Below, one piece after another: positions 28,036 through 38,248 of a stretch of DNA of 64,000 nt. The position numbers and the translations under genes were made by a program. Source of the stretch: a virus (Duplodnaviria; Caudoviricetes); IMG/VR virus record IMGVR_UViG_3300035208_004396; one strand, 5' to 3'. Positions within the stretch are counted from its first letter, which is position 1. Each line of letters opens with the position of its first letter. Under the pieces are notes generated by a model. That model saw nothing but the letters and a program-made list of their open reading frames with translations. It was not told where the DNA came from and searched no databases.

Positions 28036-28967
28036 GCTGCGATACTTGTATTTTTTACAATATTGATTATATCAATAATCTTGTTCATAGGATTGAAAGT
28101 AGTCTTGATGAACTTAGTATCGTTGTATTTGGTTTGTTTAGATTCAGTCCTATGAGTAAGAATGTCGGTATAGGCATTGATGATTCCCCAGGCAGAACCC
28201 TTGAAGTTAGCATTGTCATCTTGAGAATAAGCATTTACGAATTCTAGTTTCTTTTCCTCGATATTTTTAATCTGTTTTACATCAGCACTCTGCTTAGTAG
28301 GAAAAATAATGTCCATAACGTGTTCGAATTCAGTTTTATTGAATTTGAGCTGGCTAAACCGTCCTGCAATTTGATTAAGTTCGGTCATGTAATTAGAAAC
28401 TCCCTTGAGCACGATCTTTGCATTTTCAAGATTTCCCATCAGATTCTTAGAATGACGAATCCTGATCGTATTGGCAGTTTCCTTGAAGGCAATGTTGAAC
28501 TGATTCTGACAAACTACTCTAAGAGGAGTAATTGCCGCACTAAGCTGATATTTCCCGTTAAATGAATTCTGAAAGATGACATAAGGAGTAAATTTATCAT
28601 CAAGGATATTGATTTCCGGCAGTTTACCGATAAGATAAATCATTCCAGTATGAGTCAGACCCCCTTTTACGAAAGCGAAATCATCATTCAGGTAATTTGC
28701 AAAAGCAAATGCCTCTGGGTTTTGAATGATTTCGTAATTCTGGCCGGTAATGCCCAGGATCTTATGTTCGCCTGTCTTGTAATTTGCAACCTGAGCTACC
28801 TTTCCATTAACCCTAACTCCATTACCCAGAAACAGATTTTCCTTCGTAACATTGAAATTCAGATTCGAAATAGAAAGAGCTTCTTCTACGATCCCTGTAT
28901 GAAGATCTGTTCCGATGTTAGACCAAGTAGATTCTCTAATCATAATAATCCTTGATGGAATATCCAT
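28032..28967 (-). CDS. DUF932/DUF945-family phage protein
   Basis: Y..IQN.EAF, NS.NG, TPLRVVCQN, IRH, GSAWG..NA.T...TH motifs. Confidence 0.88.
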   Translation of the reverse strand: MDIPSRIIMIRESTWSNIGTDLHTGIVEEALSISNLNFNVTKENLFLGNGVRVNGKVAQVANYKTGEHKILGITGQNYEIIQNPEAFAFANYLNDDFAFVKGGLTHTGMIYLIGKLPEINILDDKFTPYVIFQNSFNGKYQLSAAITPLRVVCQNQFNIAFKETANTIRIRHSKNLMGNLENAKIVLKGVSNYMTELNQIAGRFSQLKFNKTEFEHVMDIIFPTKQSADVKQIKNIEEKKLEFVNAYSQDDNANFKGSAWGIINAYTDILTHRTESKQTKYNDTKFIKTTFNPMNKIIDIINIVKNTSIAA

Positions 28968-28986
28968 CTTTTAAGTTGATATTTCA

Positions 28987-29015
28987 AATATAAGAACTTT
29001 GATTATGTTTCGCAA
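28987..29015 (-). promoter_or_regulatory. sigma70-type promoter
   Basis: TTGCGA-N17-TATATT. Confidence 0.7.
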
Positions 29016-29049
29016 TAATAAATCATAAAAATATTCAAATATATAAGAT

Positions 29050-30627
29050 ATGGCTACAATAGCAGAAACATTAGCTAATATCAGTAAACGAGATAGTAAT
29101 TCGAATGATAGTAATGTTATGTTTAGATTATATAAAAAAACAGAAGAAATTGCTAAAATACTGTTAATAAATCAAAAAAATAGCAAAACCGAATTCAAAG
29201 AACTCATCGCGATATTGAAGAAAAATGCTAACATAGAGGCTAAAAAAGATAAAGCTAAACCTAAAAAAGAAACTCATACATTGTCCGATTTAGTACCGGC
29301 TATGTCTAAAGTATTAGATGCTTTAACTGTATTCATTGCTAATTGGTCTAATCCGATAGTAGTAGGTGTAGCTTTAGGCTTAGGTGTGGTTGTAGCACTT
29401 GTACCTATACTGTTAATAGTTTATCTGTTAATCATGAATTTCATCGATAATCTACCTGGATTATTAAACAATGTGTTAACGGGCTTAATCGATGCATTAG
29501 GTAATATAATAAGTAAATTCGCTGTTGTTTTAGTAAATACATTCAAAAATGTATTAAGAGATATATTTGGTCCTAATATAGATAAAGTTTTCGATATGAT
29601 AGACAATACATTATTAGCTTTAGCAACTACAGTAACTACTATTTTAACAACAATATCGAATGTTATCACTGGCATATTTAAGACCTTCGAAGGAAAAACA
29701 TTAGGTCAAATTCTAGGTGGTCTAATAAGTGATATGATAACTGGTATTGTTGATGGCATAATAGATGGAATGACTGATCTATTACAAAAATTAGACAGCA
29801 TTATGCCTTTAATAAGCAAAGTTCTAGATGAATTAGCGAATACTATTGCAAATACTATAGGTGGATTCTTCGATAATTTGGGTAAACATGAACCATTTAT
29901 CACAATTGTATCAGTTTTGAAAAGCATGGGCACAGGAATAGACAAAGTATCGGCTGGAATATATGAAATGACTGGAGCTATCAAATCATATTTCGAAGCT
30001 AAGGGAAAAGAAGCTATTGCTACCGCTGGTACAGCAGTTGGTAAAGCTGGCACTTCTATCGGTACGGGAATATCAGATTTAGTTTCTTATTTAAAAAATG
30101 ATAAAAAAGAAAACCCGACAGAAGAAAATGATATGCCAGTCCGGGTTATCAATTTATCCGAATTAACCGGCGATATTTCATTAATACCTACTAAATTAGA
30201 TGAAAATGGTGCTTCTATAAATCACAGTCTAGGTATTTTAGCCTCTATAGCAAACAAGAATTTCAACATCATTCAAGATACTAATACCCAGTTCCATAAG
30301 ACTATATTAGATAGCATGACTAATATGCTAGAATATAGTAAACCAAAAACAACATCGGTAAATGATGTCGGAAATAGATTGGATACTGCATTATCGAATC
30401 TTTTAGGGCATAAAAACACAGTTAATGATACTACTACATCTACGAAAATGTTGAATACTGCTGATGTTAACAAAACTATGTCTGAAAATTTAATCGATAG
30501 CATTAATTCTATTAAAGATATTTCGGATAACATTTTACAATTATTAACTAAGACATTCAATGAAGGTGTAAACACTAAAACTATAACGGAATCCACATTG
30601 AATGGTTATACATTTCCGAGTAGATAA
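29050..30627 (+). CDS. tape-measure / baseplate hub (gp29-like) protein
   Basis: Long amphipathic helical repeats, hydrophobic segment, late motif. Confidence 0.6.
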   Translation: MATIAETLANISKRDSNSNDSNVMFRLYKKTEEIAKILLINQKNSKTEFKELIAILKKNANIEAKKDKAKPKKETHTLSDLVPAMSKVLDALTVFIANWSNPIVVGVALGLGVVVALVPILLIVYLLIMNFIDNLPGLLNNVLTGLIDALGNIISKFAVVLVNTFKNVLRDIFGPNIDKVFDMIDNTLLALATTVTTILTTISNVITGIFKTFEGKTLGQILGGLISDMITGIVDGIIDGMTDLLQKLDSIMPLISKVLDELANTIANTIGGFFDNLGKHEPFITIVSVLKSMGTGIDKVSAGIYEMTGAIKSYFEAKGKEAIATAGTAVGKAGTSIGTGISDLVSYLKNDKKENPTEENDMPVRVINLSELTGDISLIPTKLDENGASINHSLGILASIANKNFNIIQDTNTQFHKTILDSMTNMLEYSKPKTTSVNDVGNRLDTALSNLLGHKNTVNDTTTSTKMLNTADVNKTMSENLIDSINSIKDISDNILQLLTKTFNEGVNTKTITESTLNGYTFPSR

Positions 30628-31130
30628 TGAGTTCTGTTTTCAATAAGCTTTATTATCAAGGCGAATATGTCCCAGTAAATAAGGACAAATGTATAAATTG
30701 CACTAATTCTAAACTAAAAATACCGTTTTATCGTAGTTCATGGGAATTAAAATTCATGAGGTGGCTAGATAAAAGAATTGATGTTCTTGAATGGGGTTCA
30801 GAATGTCAAATGATAGATTATTATTCAGATCAAGACAATAAGATGCATACTTATTTTCCCGATTTCTATATGAAAGTAAAAGATAAAGATAATGAGATCG
30901 TTAAATATATGATCGAAGTAAAACCCAAATCTCAAAGTCCAAAGTTAGATGAAAATAACAATGTTAAATATCCAAGTTTACCTAAAAACAAAACTAATAA
31001 GAATTTATCACGATGGTCAGAAAAAACAGCTATTTTACATCGAAACAATGAAAAATGGGCAGCAGCAAAACATTATTGCTCTACCCATGCTATGATTTTC
31101 AAAGTATTAAATGAAGATGATCTATTTTGA
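30627..31130 (+). CDS. head completion nuclease (T4 gp4-like, TnsA-type)
   Basis: YRSSWE.KFM.W.D, WGSE, YFPDF, IEVKP, N..KW.AA motifs. Confidence 0.92.
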   Translation: MSSVFNKLYYQGEYVPVNKDKCINCTNSKLKIPFYRSSWELKFMRWLDKRIDVLEWGSECQMIDYYSDQDNKMHTYFPDFYMKVKDKDNEIVKYMIEVKPKSQSPKLDENNNVKYPSLPKNKTNKNLSRWSEKTAILHRNNEKWAAAKHYCSTHAMIFKVLNEDDLF

Positions 31131-31132
31131 TG

Positions 31133-31825
31133 CTAATCTAGGCTATCGGCCAACGCATCTACGTCATTACATATATGGCCATCATCATTGCAATACACTG
31201 GCCTAGATTTGTCATAAATGGTCAACCTGTTTTTCTTTGAATCATATACGGCCGTCTTCTCCTGTGTCATAGGAATACTACAATCACCACACATTGCTGA
31301 AATATACGTATCCCAGTCAATTCCACTGTAATCGAAATCCCACATGAATATTTTTATCTTCTCTGGTGTAAATCCGAATCTAGACTTTACGTTAGCCATT
31401 ATCTCTTGGCATTTTTTAATGGTCACTGGTCCCTTTTGGGTTACAATCCCGATTCCTTTAGTCTCCTTGTGAATATTATCATCTACCATGACATTCCAAG
31501 TCGAACTTTTTTTAGCCCGTTCGAACTTTGCAGCCCAAGCTGCTAGTTCTGTATCTCTACCAATTTTAGCAATCTCTTTTTCGGTCATACCAAGTTCTAT
31601 TGCACGATGGTGCATCATTTTTGCACATTCTATCCAACCCATCAAACTTGCAATATTTGATAATTTAGCTGCTTTTTCTGGTTTTGTTATAGATTTAGCC
31701 AGATGTTCAGGAACACTTTTATTTTTGAAATATTCCGACATATCATCCCAATCTTTATTTACACTGGCTTCATTAATTAACTTATCCATATCCATCTTCA
31801 ATTCTTCTTTTTTGAATAATTTCAT
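31133..31825 (-). CDS. hypothetical protein, candidate internal head protein
   Basis: 230 aa; N-terminal ...KLINE. Confidence 0.55.
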   Translation of the reverse strand: MKLFKKEELKMDMDKLINEASVNKDWDDMSEYFKNKSVPEHLAKSITKPEKAAKLSNIASLMGWIECAKMMHHRAIELGMTEKEIAKIGRDTELAAWAAKFERAKKSSTWNVMVDDNIHKETKGIGIVTQKGPVTIKKCQEIMANVKSRFGFTPEKIKIFMWDFDYSGIDWDTYISAMCGDCSIPMTQEKTAVYDSKKNRLTIYDKSRPVYCNDDGHICNDVDALADSLD

Positions 31826-32065
31826 TTAATCCTCCCTGAAATATAATATACCATCGGAATAATCTTCCAAACTGAAACCTAATTTATCAATTTTATCGGT
31901 TAATTCGGGTGAAACTGAATCAAATTCAACTGAAAGTTCTTTTTCATCAAGATCAACATAGAAAATAATGATCCACTGACCATATTTCTTAAATATTTTA
32001 TAATTATTAACTCGAATATTGGTATAAAATTCTAGAAATTCTTTTATTTTACGGCATTTATCCAT
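31826..32065 (-). CDS. hypothetical protein
   Basis: SD ggag. Confidence 0.6.
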   Translation of the reverse strand: MDKCRKIKEFLEFYTNIRVNNYKIFKKYGQWIIIFYVDLDEKELSVEFDSVSPELTDKIDKLGFSLEDYSDGILYFRED

Positions 32066-32137
32066 AAAAACTCCGATTTATAATTATTTATAACTATCGA
32101 GTATTAATTGGTAACTGATCATCCCATAATAATTCAC

Positions 32138-32512
32138 TCATTTAATACATTCACATTTGTTGAGTTGCTCTTCTATTTCATTTCTATCCGACAGAGATGC
32201 GGAATCGGGCAGATTATCTAAAATAATATCTTTGAAATCCTTCATTGAGCCACAATTTATACTAGATTCAGCATAGTTTGAAATTTCATCTTCGAATTCA
32301 CTAAATTCCTCGGATATATTATCGAGATAGCTAGACATTTCTGCGGACTCAAAATTCTTATATAAAGTGTCTAGAATTTCAAGTACATCCTTAGATGTAT
32401 ATGTTTTATCTTTATTCCGTTTGATTTCTTGTATTTCATCTGAAAGCAAACGATTAAATCCCTTGATAGCATCGTTCAAATCAGCAATATCACAATGTGA
32501 ATAATAACTCAT
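32138..32512 (-). CDS. hypothetical acidic protein
   Basis: 124-aa ORF. Confidence 0.6.
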   Translation of the reverse strand: MSYYSHCDIADLNDAIKGFNRLLSDEIQEIKRNKDKTYTSKDVLEILDTLYKNFESAEMSSYLDNISEEFSEFEDEISNYAESSINCGSMKDFKDIILDNLPDSASLSDRNEIEEQLNKCECIK

Positions 32513-32526
32513 GTTATATCTTTTAG

Positions 32527-33414
32527 TTAATAGTTAATTAAAATTACTTCTCGTGTAGTCGTTCCCTTTTTGCGGGCAACTTTCGCATAATCATGTTCCA
32601 GGTATATGGTCTGGAACTTTCCAGTTTCAGAAAGGAGATCCAAAAGTTTACATCTGGCAAGTCCATGCACCTGTGTTCCTGAAATCATCCATTTAGAATT
32701 CTGGTTGTTCATTATGAAATTGAACAGGCGTTCATCGTCAGTAGATTTCCAGAATGCATTGTACCCGGCGGATGTGTTAGAATACGGGGGATCCGCATAA
32801 AAAAACATATCCGTCCTATCCTCCATGGCGTCAGGCATGCACTTTTCAAAATCGCCTGCGGATATAGTCACATTATGTATGGTTTTAAGAAGATTTCTCC
32901 ATTCAATTAACTTCTTTTCTATGGATTTGTTGTACATCCGCTTTCCACAGGTCTGATTGAATAAGCCATGCTGGTTGAATCTGAGCATATTATTTGTACA
33001 TGAAAGCATAAGACCATACAGCCTATATGCCTTTTCATTTAAAAAATCATATCGATTCCGTATATATTCTGCATGACCCGTGAAATCCGCCGTCATATAG
33101 GCATTATAGTCATCGCGAAGTCGCTGATATATAGCGTAATCAGATGATGAAAATTGTTTCAGGCAATCAATGAGATTTAGAAACTCACTATCGCTTCCGG
33201 ACATAAGAATATGCTGTATCCTCTGGATATCCCCTAGGTACTCATTAGAAATGACGTGCTTGAAGCGGGATGCAGCGTTGAAAGAAACAGTTCCTGAACC
33301 ACTGAATAAATCAATCAATGTAATTTTTTCCGTGAAGTCAGGAAACCATGAAATCAACTGCGGAAGAAGTCTGTATTTGTTTCCAGTGTAGTTAAATGGT
33401 GAATTGATAAACAT
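32527..33414 (-). CDS. DNA adenine methyltransferase (Dam/D12 class)
   Basis: SPFNYTGNK, DLFSGSG, DPPY, EVILINY motifs. Confidence 0.92.
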   Translation of the reverse strand: MFINSPFNYTGNKYRLLPQLISWFPDFTEKITLIDLFSGSGTVSFNAASRFKHVISNEYLGDIQRIQHILMSGSDSEFLNLIDCLKQFSSSDYAIYQRLRDDYNAYMTADFTGHAEYIRNRYDFLNEKAYRLYGLMLSCTNNMLRFNQHGLFNQTCGKRMYNKSIEKKLIEWRNLLKTIHNVTISAGDFEKCMPDAMEDRTDMFFYADPPYSNTSAGYNAFWKSTDDERLFNFIMNNQNSKWMISGTQVHGLARCKLLDLLSETGKFQTIYLEHDYAKVARKKGTTTREVILINY

Positions 33415-33417
33415 CTG

Positions 33418-33660
33418 CTATTTTTCCTCCCTGCCGCAGCGGAAGTCCACCGCCTGCATTATATATCCCCCATGTTTCATCATGAAATCAGAAAGTACCT
33501 CAGACAGCTCCATGGCGGTCCCCAGGTCCTTATGAAGGGAAAAGACATCAATGAGAAAATTGGCCCCTGTCCGGGAATTCCAAAGTAGGGCATCCTCTGA
33601 AAATTCATTAGATTCCAATATAGCCTTGATTTTCTGATCCTCATCATTCCTCATCATCAT
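33418..33660 (-). CDS. hypothetical protein
   Basis: 80-aa ORF, SD gagg; same GC-richer block as the methylase. Confidence 0.6.
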   Translation of the reverse strand: MMMRNDEDQKIKAILESNEFSEDALLWNSRTGANFLIDVFSLHKDLGTAMELSEVLSDFMMKHGGYIMQAVDFRCGREEK

Positions 33661-33708
33661 ATGCGTACCTCAGATAGATTATAAATCATTTTCTATTTTT
33701 CAATGTTA

Positions 33709-34770
33709 TTAATTAATAACCTCATCAATATGAGGAATAACCTCTCCATGACGACTAACCTTCACCGTAGAGCCTATTTCTAAGCCTAATTCTTTAATGA
33801 TGGAAAGATTCGCAACGGATGCACGAGAAACCGTTGTTCCATTGAGTTCTACAGGCTCGATAAGGCATACAGGAGTGAGATATTTACCTGAAACAGACCA
33901 TTCTATGTCTTTTACACGAGTAATAGCAACATCGAGAGCAAACTTGATAGCACATTGTGTAGTAGGGGTCTTTCGTTTGAGATCAGTGTAATCAATTCTG
34001 TCCTGTTTTACTACTACTCCATCACAGTTATAATCGATAATTTTCAATCTTTCATTATGAATCTTGGTTCTGAACTGATCTATTTCACTTATCGTATTGG
34101 TAGTAATCCAGAAAGGAACTTCAAATCCAACTCTTTCTAGCCATTCCATCTTTTCTCGTTCGGTTTCGAAGTTATCATTCATACCAAGACGATCATAAGC
34201 AATAAAACTCATATCTTCTGAACCTTTGCAATCTTGGCGCTTAGCAAGTCCTGCAGTAGCATTTCTGGCATTTTTCATAAGTTCGGAGTATTTCTTTTTG
34301 AAAATGCTTTCTTTAAGGAGAAATTCCCCCCTTATAGATCCAGTGAAACCCGGAATTTCTAAAACCATATTATTCCAGAGTTTAGCTGAATTAGTGATAT
34401 CTTCACCTTCGAAACCATCACCCCTAGAAATAGCCCGATAGATTTCACCATTTCTATATTGAATCTCGGCAGAAGCTCCATCAATCTTAGCCGAAATGTT
34501 GTAATGACCAGATTTATTCTTAAACCAATTGGCAAATTCAGTCATATCTTTGCACTTCGCCTGTGTACCTGTGATAAGAGTATGTTTATATTTAGTTCTG
34601 CCAGTGTTATCGGCCGCGGCAAGACCATTAGCTACCAATTGATTAGTTGGATCAAGAGCTTTAAGTTCAGCTATTAGAATATCATAGTCTTGATCACTAA
34701 TAGATTCAGATCCGTTGTAATAGTTTACAGCAGCTTTTTTAATCTTAGTTTCTAATTCGGTGATATTCAT
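33709..34770 (-). CDS. ligA: NAD+-dependent DNA ligase, N-terminal part (Ia, adenylation and OB domains)
   Basis: YY.G...ISD..YD, KIDG, RGDG..GEDIT, RGE, NARN..AG, DGVV, A.KF, G..TPV, GEVIP. Confidence 0.93.
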   Translation of the reverse strand: MNITELETKIKKAAVNYYNGSESISDQDYDILIAELKALDPTNQLVANGLAAADNTGRTKYKHTLITGTQAKCKDMTEFANWFKNKSGHYNISAKIDGASAEIQYRNGEIYRAISRGDGFEGEDITNSAKLWNNMVLEIPGFTGSIRGEFLLKESIFKKKYSELMKNARNATAGLAKRQDCKGSEDMSFIAYDRLGMNDNFETEREKMEWLERVGFEVPFWITTNTISEIDQFRTKIHNERLKIIDYNCDGVVVKQDRIDYTDLKRKTPTTQCAIKFALDVAITRVKDIEWSVSGKYLTPVCLIEPVELNGTTVSRASVANLSIIKELGLEIGSTVKVSRHGEVIPHIDEVIN

Positions 34771-34788
34771 GATGGATCCTTTTTATTA

Positions 34789-34817
34789 AATATAGAAAAA
34801 CATAGTTTAAATCTCAA
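34789..34817 (-). promoter_or_regulatory. sigma70-type promoter of the ligase N-part
   Basis: TTGAGA-N17-TATATT. Confidence 0.75.
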
Positions 34818-34862
34818 TAAAAAATATAATTTGGTTTGGATATATAAAATTAGAGGAAATTT

Positions 34863-35987
34863 ATGAAGGTTTTAAGTATTAGAGTGGCAATCAGTTCAAT
34901 TATTTTATCATTATGTATTGGTCAAGTTTATGCTTGGTCTTTGTTATCGAGTCAAGTAAATCTGTTATTAGCTCATGACATGTCGTTTGCTTTTTCATTG
35001 GCGATTCTATTTTTGGGACTTTCTGCTGCTTTTATGGGCAAATATGTAGAAAAACATCCTAAAGAAACATACATTTTGAGTTCGATATTATTCGTATTAG
35101 GTTTTATAGGTTCTGCGATAGCATTAAAATATCGAAGTGTTATGTGGTTTTATTTAACTTATGGCGTAATTTTCGGTTGTTCTTGTGGTTTAGGTTATGT
35201 TGCACCTATTAAGACGTTAATGCTCTATTTTCGCCATAATAAGGCCATTGCGAGTGCTATTGCTATATTATCATTTGGTTTAGCAAAAGCTATTTGTAGC
35301 CCAGTTTATGCCTATTTAACGAGCAATTATAAAATAGATAAAGTTTTTATAATTTTAGCCATTATTTATGGCATACCTTTATTCATAGCTGGTCTATTTT
35401 TTAAGAAATTCCCAGTTGATTTCATACCTAAAAACAGTATCAAGTTCAATATCAAATCTATCTGTAACGTAAATTATATAGCAATTTGGTTATTTTTCTT
35501 CTCTAATATTGCATTAGGTCTAGCTTTAATAAGTCAAGAAGCCCAGTTATACAAACATTTCGACCTAAGTTTATCTCTAATCACTTTATTCTGTGCTCTA
35601 TCGGCCACTTTTAATGCATTAGGTAGATTTGGTTATGCTTGGATTTCCGATCATACTAATCGGTATATGCCTTATATAATACTATTTGTTTTGTCTAGCA
35701 TAATGTGTTTTTCGGATATTAGTATTGCTAGTGTTGGTATGTTTGTTACATCTATCATGATTATAAACCTGAATTACGGTGGTGGTTTTTCGAGTTTACC
35801 AAGCCTTTTAGCCGATAAATATGGGATAAATAACACCTCGACAATTCATTCTTTGACTTTGAGTGCATGGGGCATTGCCGGTTTAGCTTCATTATATCTA
35901 AAAAGATTAGATTTAACTACATTATTAATCGTATGTGGTATAATATACTTATTCAATTTAATTTTGCTTTATTTAGCCCATAAATAG
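34863..35987 (+). CDS. MFS transporter, oxalate:formate antiporter (OFA)-like
   Basis: About 12 TM segments; CIGQVYAWS, GLGY.AP, FN..GRF.....SD, YGGGFS.LP..L.D.YG, L.AWG.AG motifs. Confidence 0.88.
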   Translation: MKVLSIRVAISSIILSLCIGQVYAWSLLSSQVNLLLAHDMSFAFSLAILFLGLSAAFMGKYVEKHPKETYILSSILFVLGFIGSAIALKYRSVMWFYLTYGVIFGCSCGLGYVAPIKTLMLYFRHNKAIASAIAILSFGLAKAICSPVYAYLTSNYKIDKVFIILAIIYGIPLFIAGLFFKKFPVDFIPKNSIKFNIKSICNVNYIAIWLFFFSNIALGLALISQEAQLYKHFDLSLSLITLFCALSATFNALGRFGYAWISDHTNRYMPYIILFVLSSIMCFSDISIASVGMFVTSIMIINLNYGGGFSSLPSLLADKYGINNTSTIHSLTLSAWGIAGLASLYLKRLDLTTLLIVCGIIYLFNLILLYLAHK

Positions 35988-36050
35988 CGATATAAAAAGA
36001 TTATTTGAAAATTAAAATACACTTGATATATAATTAAAAATGAGGATTTT

Positions 36051-36434
36051 ATGGATTTTCGAACATATAGAAAAGAAAGATTAGATGAGGAAATCAAAAA
36101 TGGCGAGTATTTCCCAGACGAATTGGAACGTAGTGAGTTATTGAAAGAAACCAATTCTATGACTAGTTTAATGGGTCGTTATTTTGAAAAAGGTAAGAAT
36201 GGTAAAGCTAGTTTAGTAGGTTTTGGTACTGATATTTCTGATGGCATTAACGATTTCGTTAAAAACAAGCTAGTCAGTGATGAAGATTTCCAAAATGCTG
36301 ATATTCACGCTAAATTCAATCAAGAAGTTAGAAATAAACTAGAAGAAACTCAATTAGTTAAATTGAAAGCTGAATTTGAAAGTGTTGGTAAGATAATCGA
36401 TGGTCTATTGACTCAGTATACTTTAAGCAAATAA
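36051..36434 (+). CDS. hypothetical protein, candidate internal head protein
   Basis: N-terminus MDFRTYRKERLDE; SD gagg. Confidence 0.6.
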   Translation: MDFRTYRKERLDEEIKNGEYFPDELERSELLKETNSMTSLMGRYFEKGKNGKASLVGFGTDISDGINDFVKNKLVSDEDFQNADIHAKFNQEVRNKLEETQLVKLKAEFESVGKIIDGLLTQYTLSK

Positions 36435-36451
36435 GCTTACCTGTTTTTAAT

Positions 36452-36479
36452 AAAAACGAGTTAAAATGCTCGTTTTTTT
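36452..36479 (+). terminator. intrinsic terminator
   Basis: aaaaacgag-ttaaaatg-ctcgttttt. Confidence 0.65.
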
Positions 36480-36494
36480 CATTATATATAGTAT

Positions 36495-37850
36495 ATGAGT
36501 AGTTCATTACTAACTAAACTCACCTGTGGTTATCTTTATGACCAATTAGTAGTCATACAAGCAGCAATTGATGCAGTAAAAGAATTATTATTACAATCAT
36601 TAAATGTTATAAATTCGTTACTTGATGCTGAATTAATCTTAATCCGAGATGTAATAAATGTTGCTATTGATTTAATGTTAGATATAATCAAAGCATTATA
36701 TGATATAGTTAATAATGTAATACAATCTTTACTTAAAAAGGGTACAGATTTATATAGTGGTAAAGCTTTTTGTAAAGAATTATTCAAATGTTTAGCCTTC
36801 GTAAACTCTTTATTATCCGATCAATATATTCAAAGATTGTTCAATTTGACCGGTACTAAAGATATAGAACAAGAAGTTATGAAATTAGTTAATGATTTTG
36901 CCAAATTTAAAGATGCGATTTGCGGCAATTTCAACTTTTCTATTGATTTTGGTTTGGCTTATTGCAAGAAAATGACTGTTAAATTGAAAAAAATGGTCAA
37001 TTATTTTTATGATCTAATAATGCGATATAAACTAAAAATAAGAAATCAAATTGAATCTTACATGGGAACTATCGATTTTTCTGGGATTTTGGAATTAATA
37101 GTCAAATTATCCGATCTTTCTACATGTTTATTTTCTAGTGACGATGAAAATTGTACTAGCTTACAAACTGCTACTAATTATGCAGCAATGATCAAAAACA
37201 AACTCTGTCTAACTGACACTGGTACAGGGGATTTGATGTTTTATTCTCCAAAATATAACTCAGTTATGGGTCAAGTTGAAGCAACTACTAAGAAACTAGA
37301 TCGAATGGATAAAAATCTGGATAAATTGACTGATATTTTATCAGCACCATTAAATGTAGGAGCAAGCGCCAATGCTTATTCATTAAATAGATCTATCCGT
37401 CAAATCGGAACTTTTGTTAAAAATAGGGATTATAAATCATTCAAAAAACTTGACTTGGTTAATTATTTCTCGACTAATTTGGATGATTTATGCAAATTAT
37501 ATAAAAATACTTTCGATAGTAAAGATCCAGATCCAGATATTGTTTTACGATATACTAAAACTAAAGATAATAGTATAGTTATTGAAAAAGATGGAATAAC
37601 TGTTAAAGTGCCAACTACAATAACAACAGCAGATCTGATAAGTGTAAGTTCAGATACTGATACTTCTATGATAACAAATTTAGTTATCGATCCTAATTCG
37701 AAAAAAGTATTGCAAATTGCTGAATTAGCAGCTAATTTAGCTAAATATGAATTAGGTGAAAATTCTGATAAAATGTTATATGATTATGCTCATAAAGCTT
37801 ATTCGAATATGAATGACTTAATAAGTGAAGAGGATTTGTTGAAATGTTAA
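36495..37850 (+). CDS. hypothetical protein, probably baseplate-associated
   Basis: 451 aa helical; late motif; coupled to the gp25-like gene. Confidence 0.6.
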   Translation: MSSSLLTKLTCGYLYDQLVVIQAAIDAVKELLLQSLNVINSLLDAELILIRDVINVAIDLMLDIIKALYDIVNNVIQSLLKKGTDLYSGKAFCKELFKCLAFVNSLLSDQYIQRLFNLTGTKDIEQEVMKLVNDFAKFKDAICGNFNFSIDFGLAYCKKMTVKLKKMVNYFYDLIMRYKLKIRNQIESYMGTIDFSGILELIVKLSDLSTCLFSSDDENCTSLQTATNYAAMIKNKLCLTDTGTGDLMFYSPKYNSVMGQVEATTKKLDRMDKNLDKLTDILSAPLNVGASANAYSLNRSIRQIGTFVKNRDYKSFKKLDLVNYFSTNLDDLCKLYKNTFDSKDPDPDIVLRYTKTKDNSIVIEKDGITVKVPTTITTADLISVSSDTDTSMITNLVIDPNSKKVLQIAELAANLAKYELGENSDKMLYDYAHKAYSNMNDLISEEDLLKC

Positions 37851-38248
37851 ATGTATCTGCCAATGTTGATTTTATGAATCTTGATACCAAGATTACAAAT
37901 CCATTTTATGATTTGAATTATAATATGATGGGGAATGAACTTTATGGAGTTAATTCTATAAATCAAGCAATAGATAATCTTTTATTAACAGAACCCGGTG
38001 AAAGATTATTCAATATTTCATTTTTCAGTCCATTATTCCCTCTATTTTTCAAAAAAATGGATATTGGACGCGAAGAACTAGAAGATAAAGCTTTTACTAC
38101 TATTGAAACTTGGGTAGGAAACATAAACATAATTAGATCTCAGTCTAATATACAAACCAATCCGGGGGATCATACTCTATCATTTTCCATTCATTATATT
38201 ATGAGTACAGGAGAAACAGGTAATTATGAAAGAGTTATCAAATCTTGA
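37844..38248 (+). CDS. baseplate wedge subunit (T4 gp25-like)
   Basis: SINQAIDNLLLTEPGERLFN motif. Confidence 0.9.
   Translation: MLNVSANVDFMNLDTKITNPFYDLNYNMMGNELYGVNSINQAIDNLLLTEPGERLFNISFFSPLFPLFFKKMDIGREELEDKAFTTIETWVGNINIIRSQSNIQTNPGDHTLSFSIHYIMSTGETGNYERVIKS

Noticed and set aside
29050-30627. Heptad and amphipathic repeats here and in 55680-57872 as novel repeat systems
   Set aside because: Explained by ordinary tape-measure and fibre coiled-coil composition
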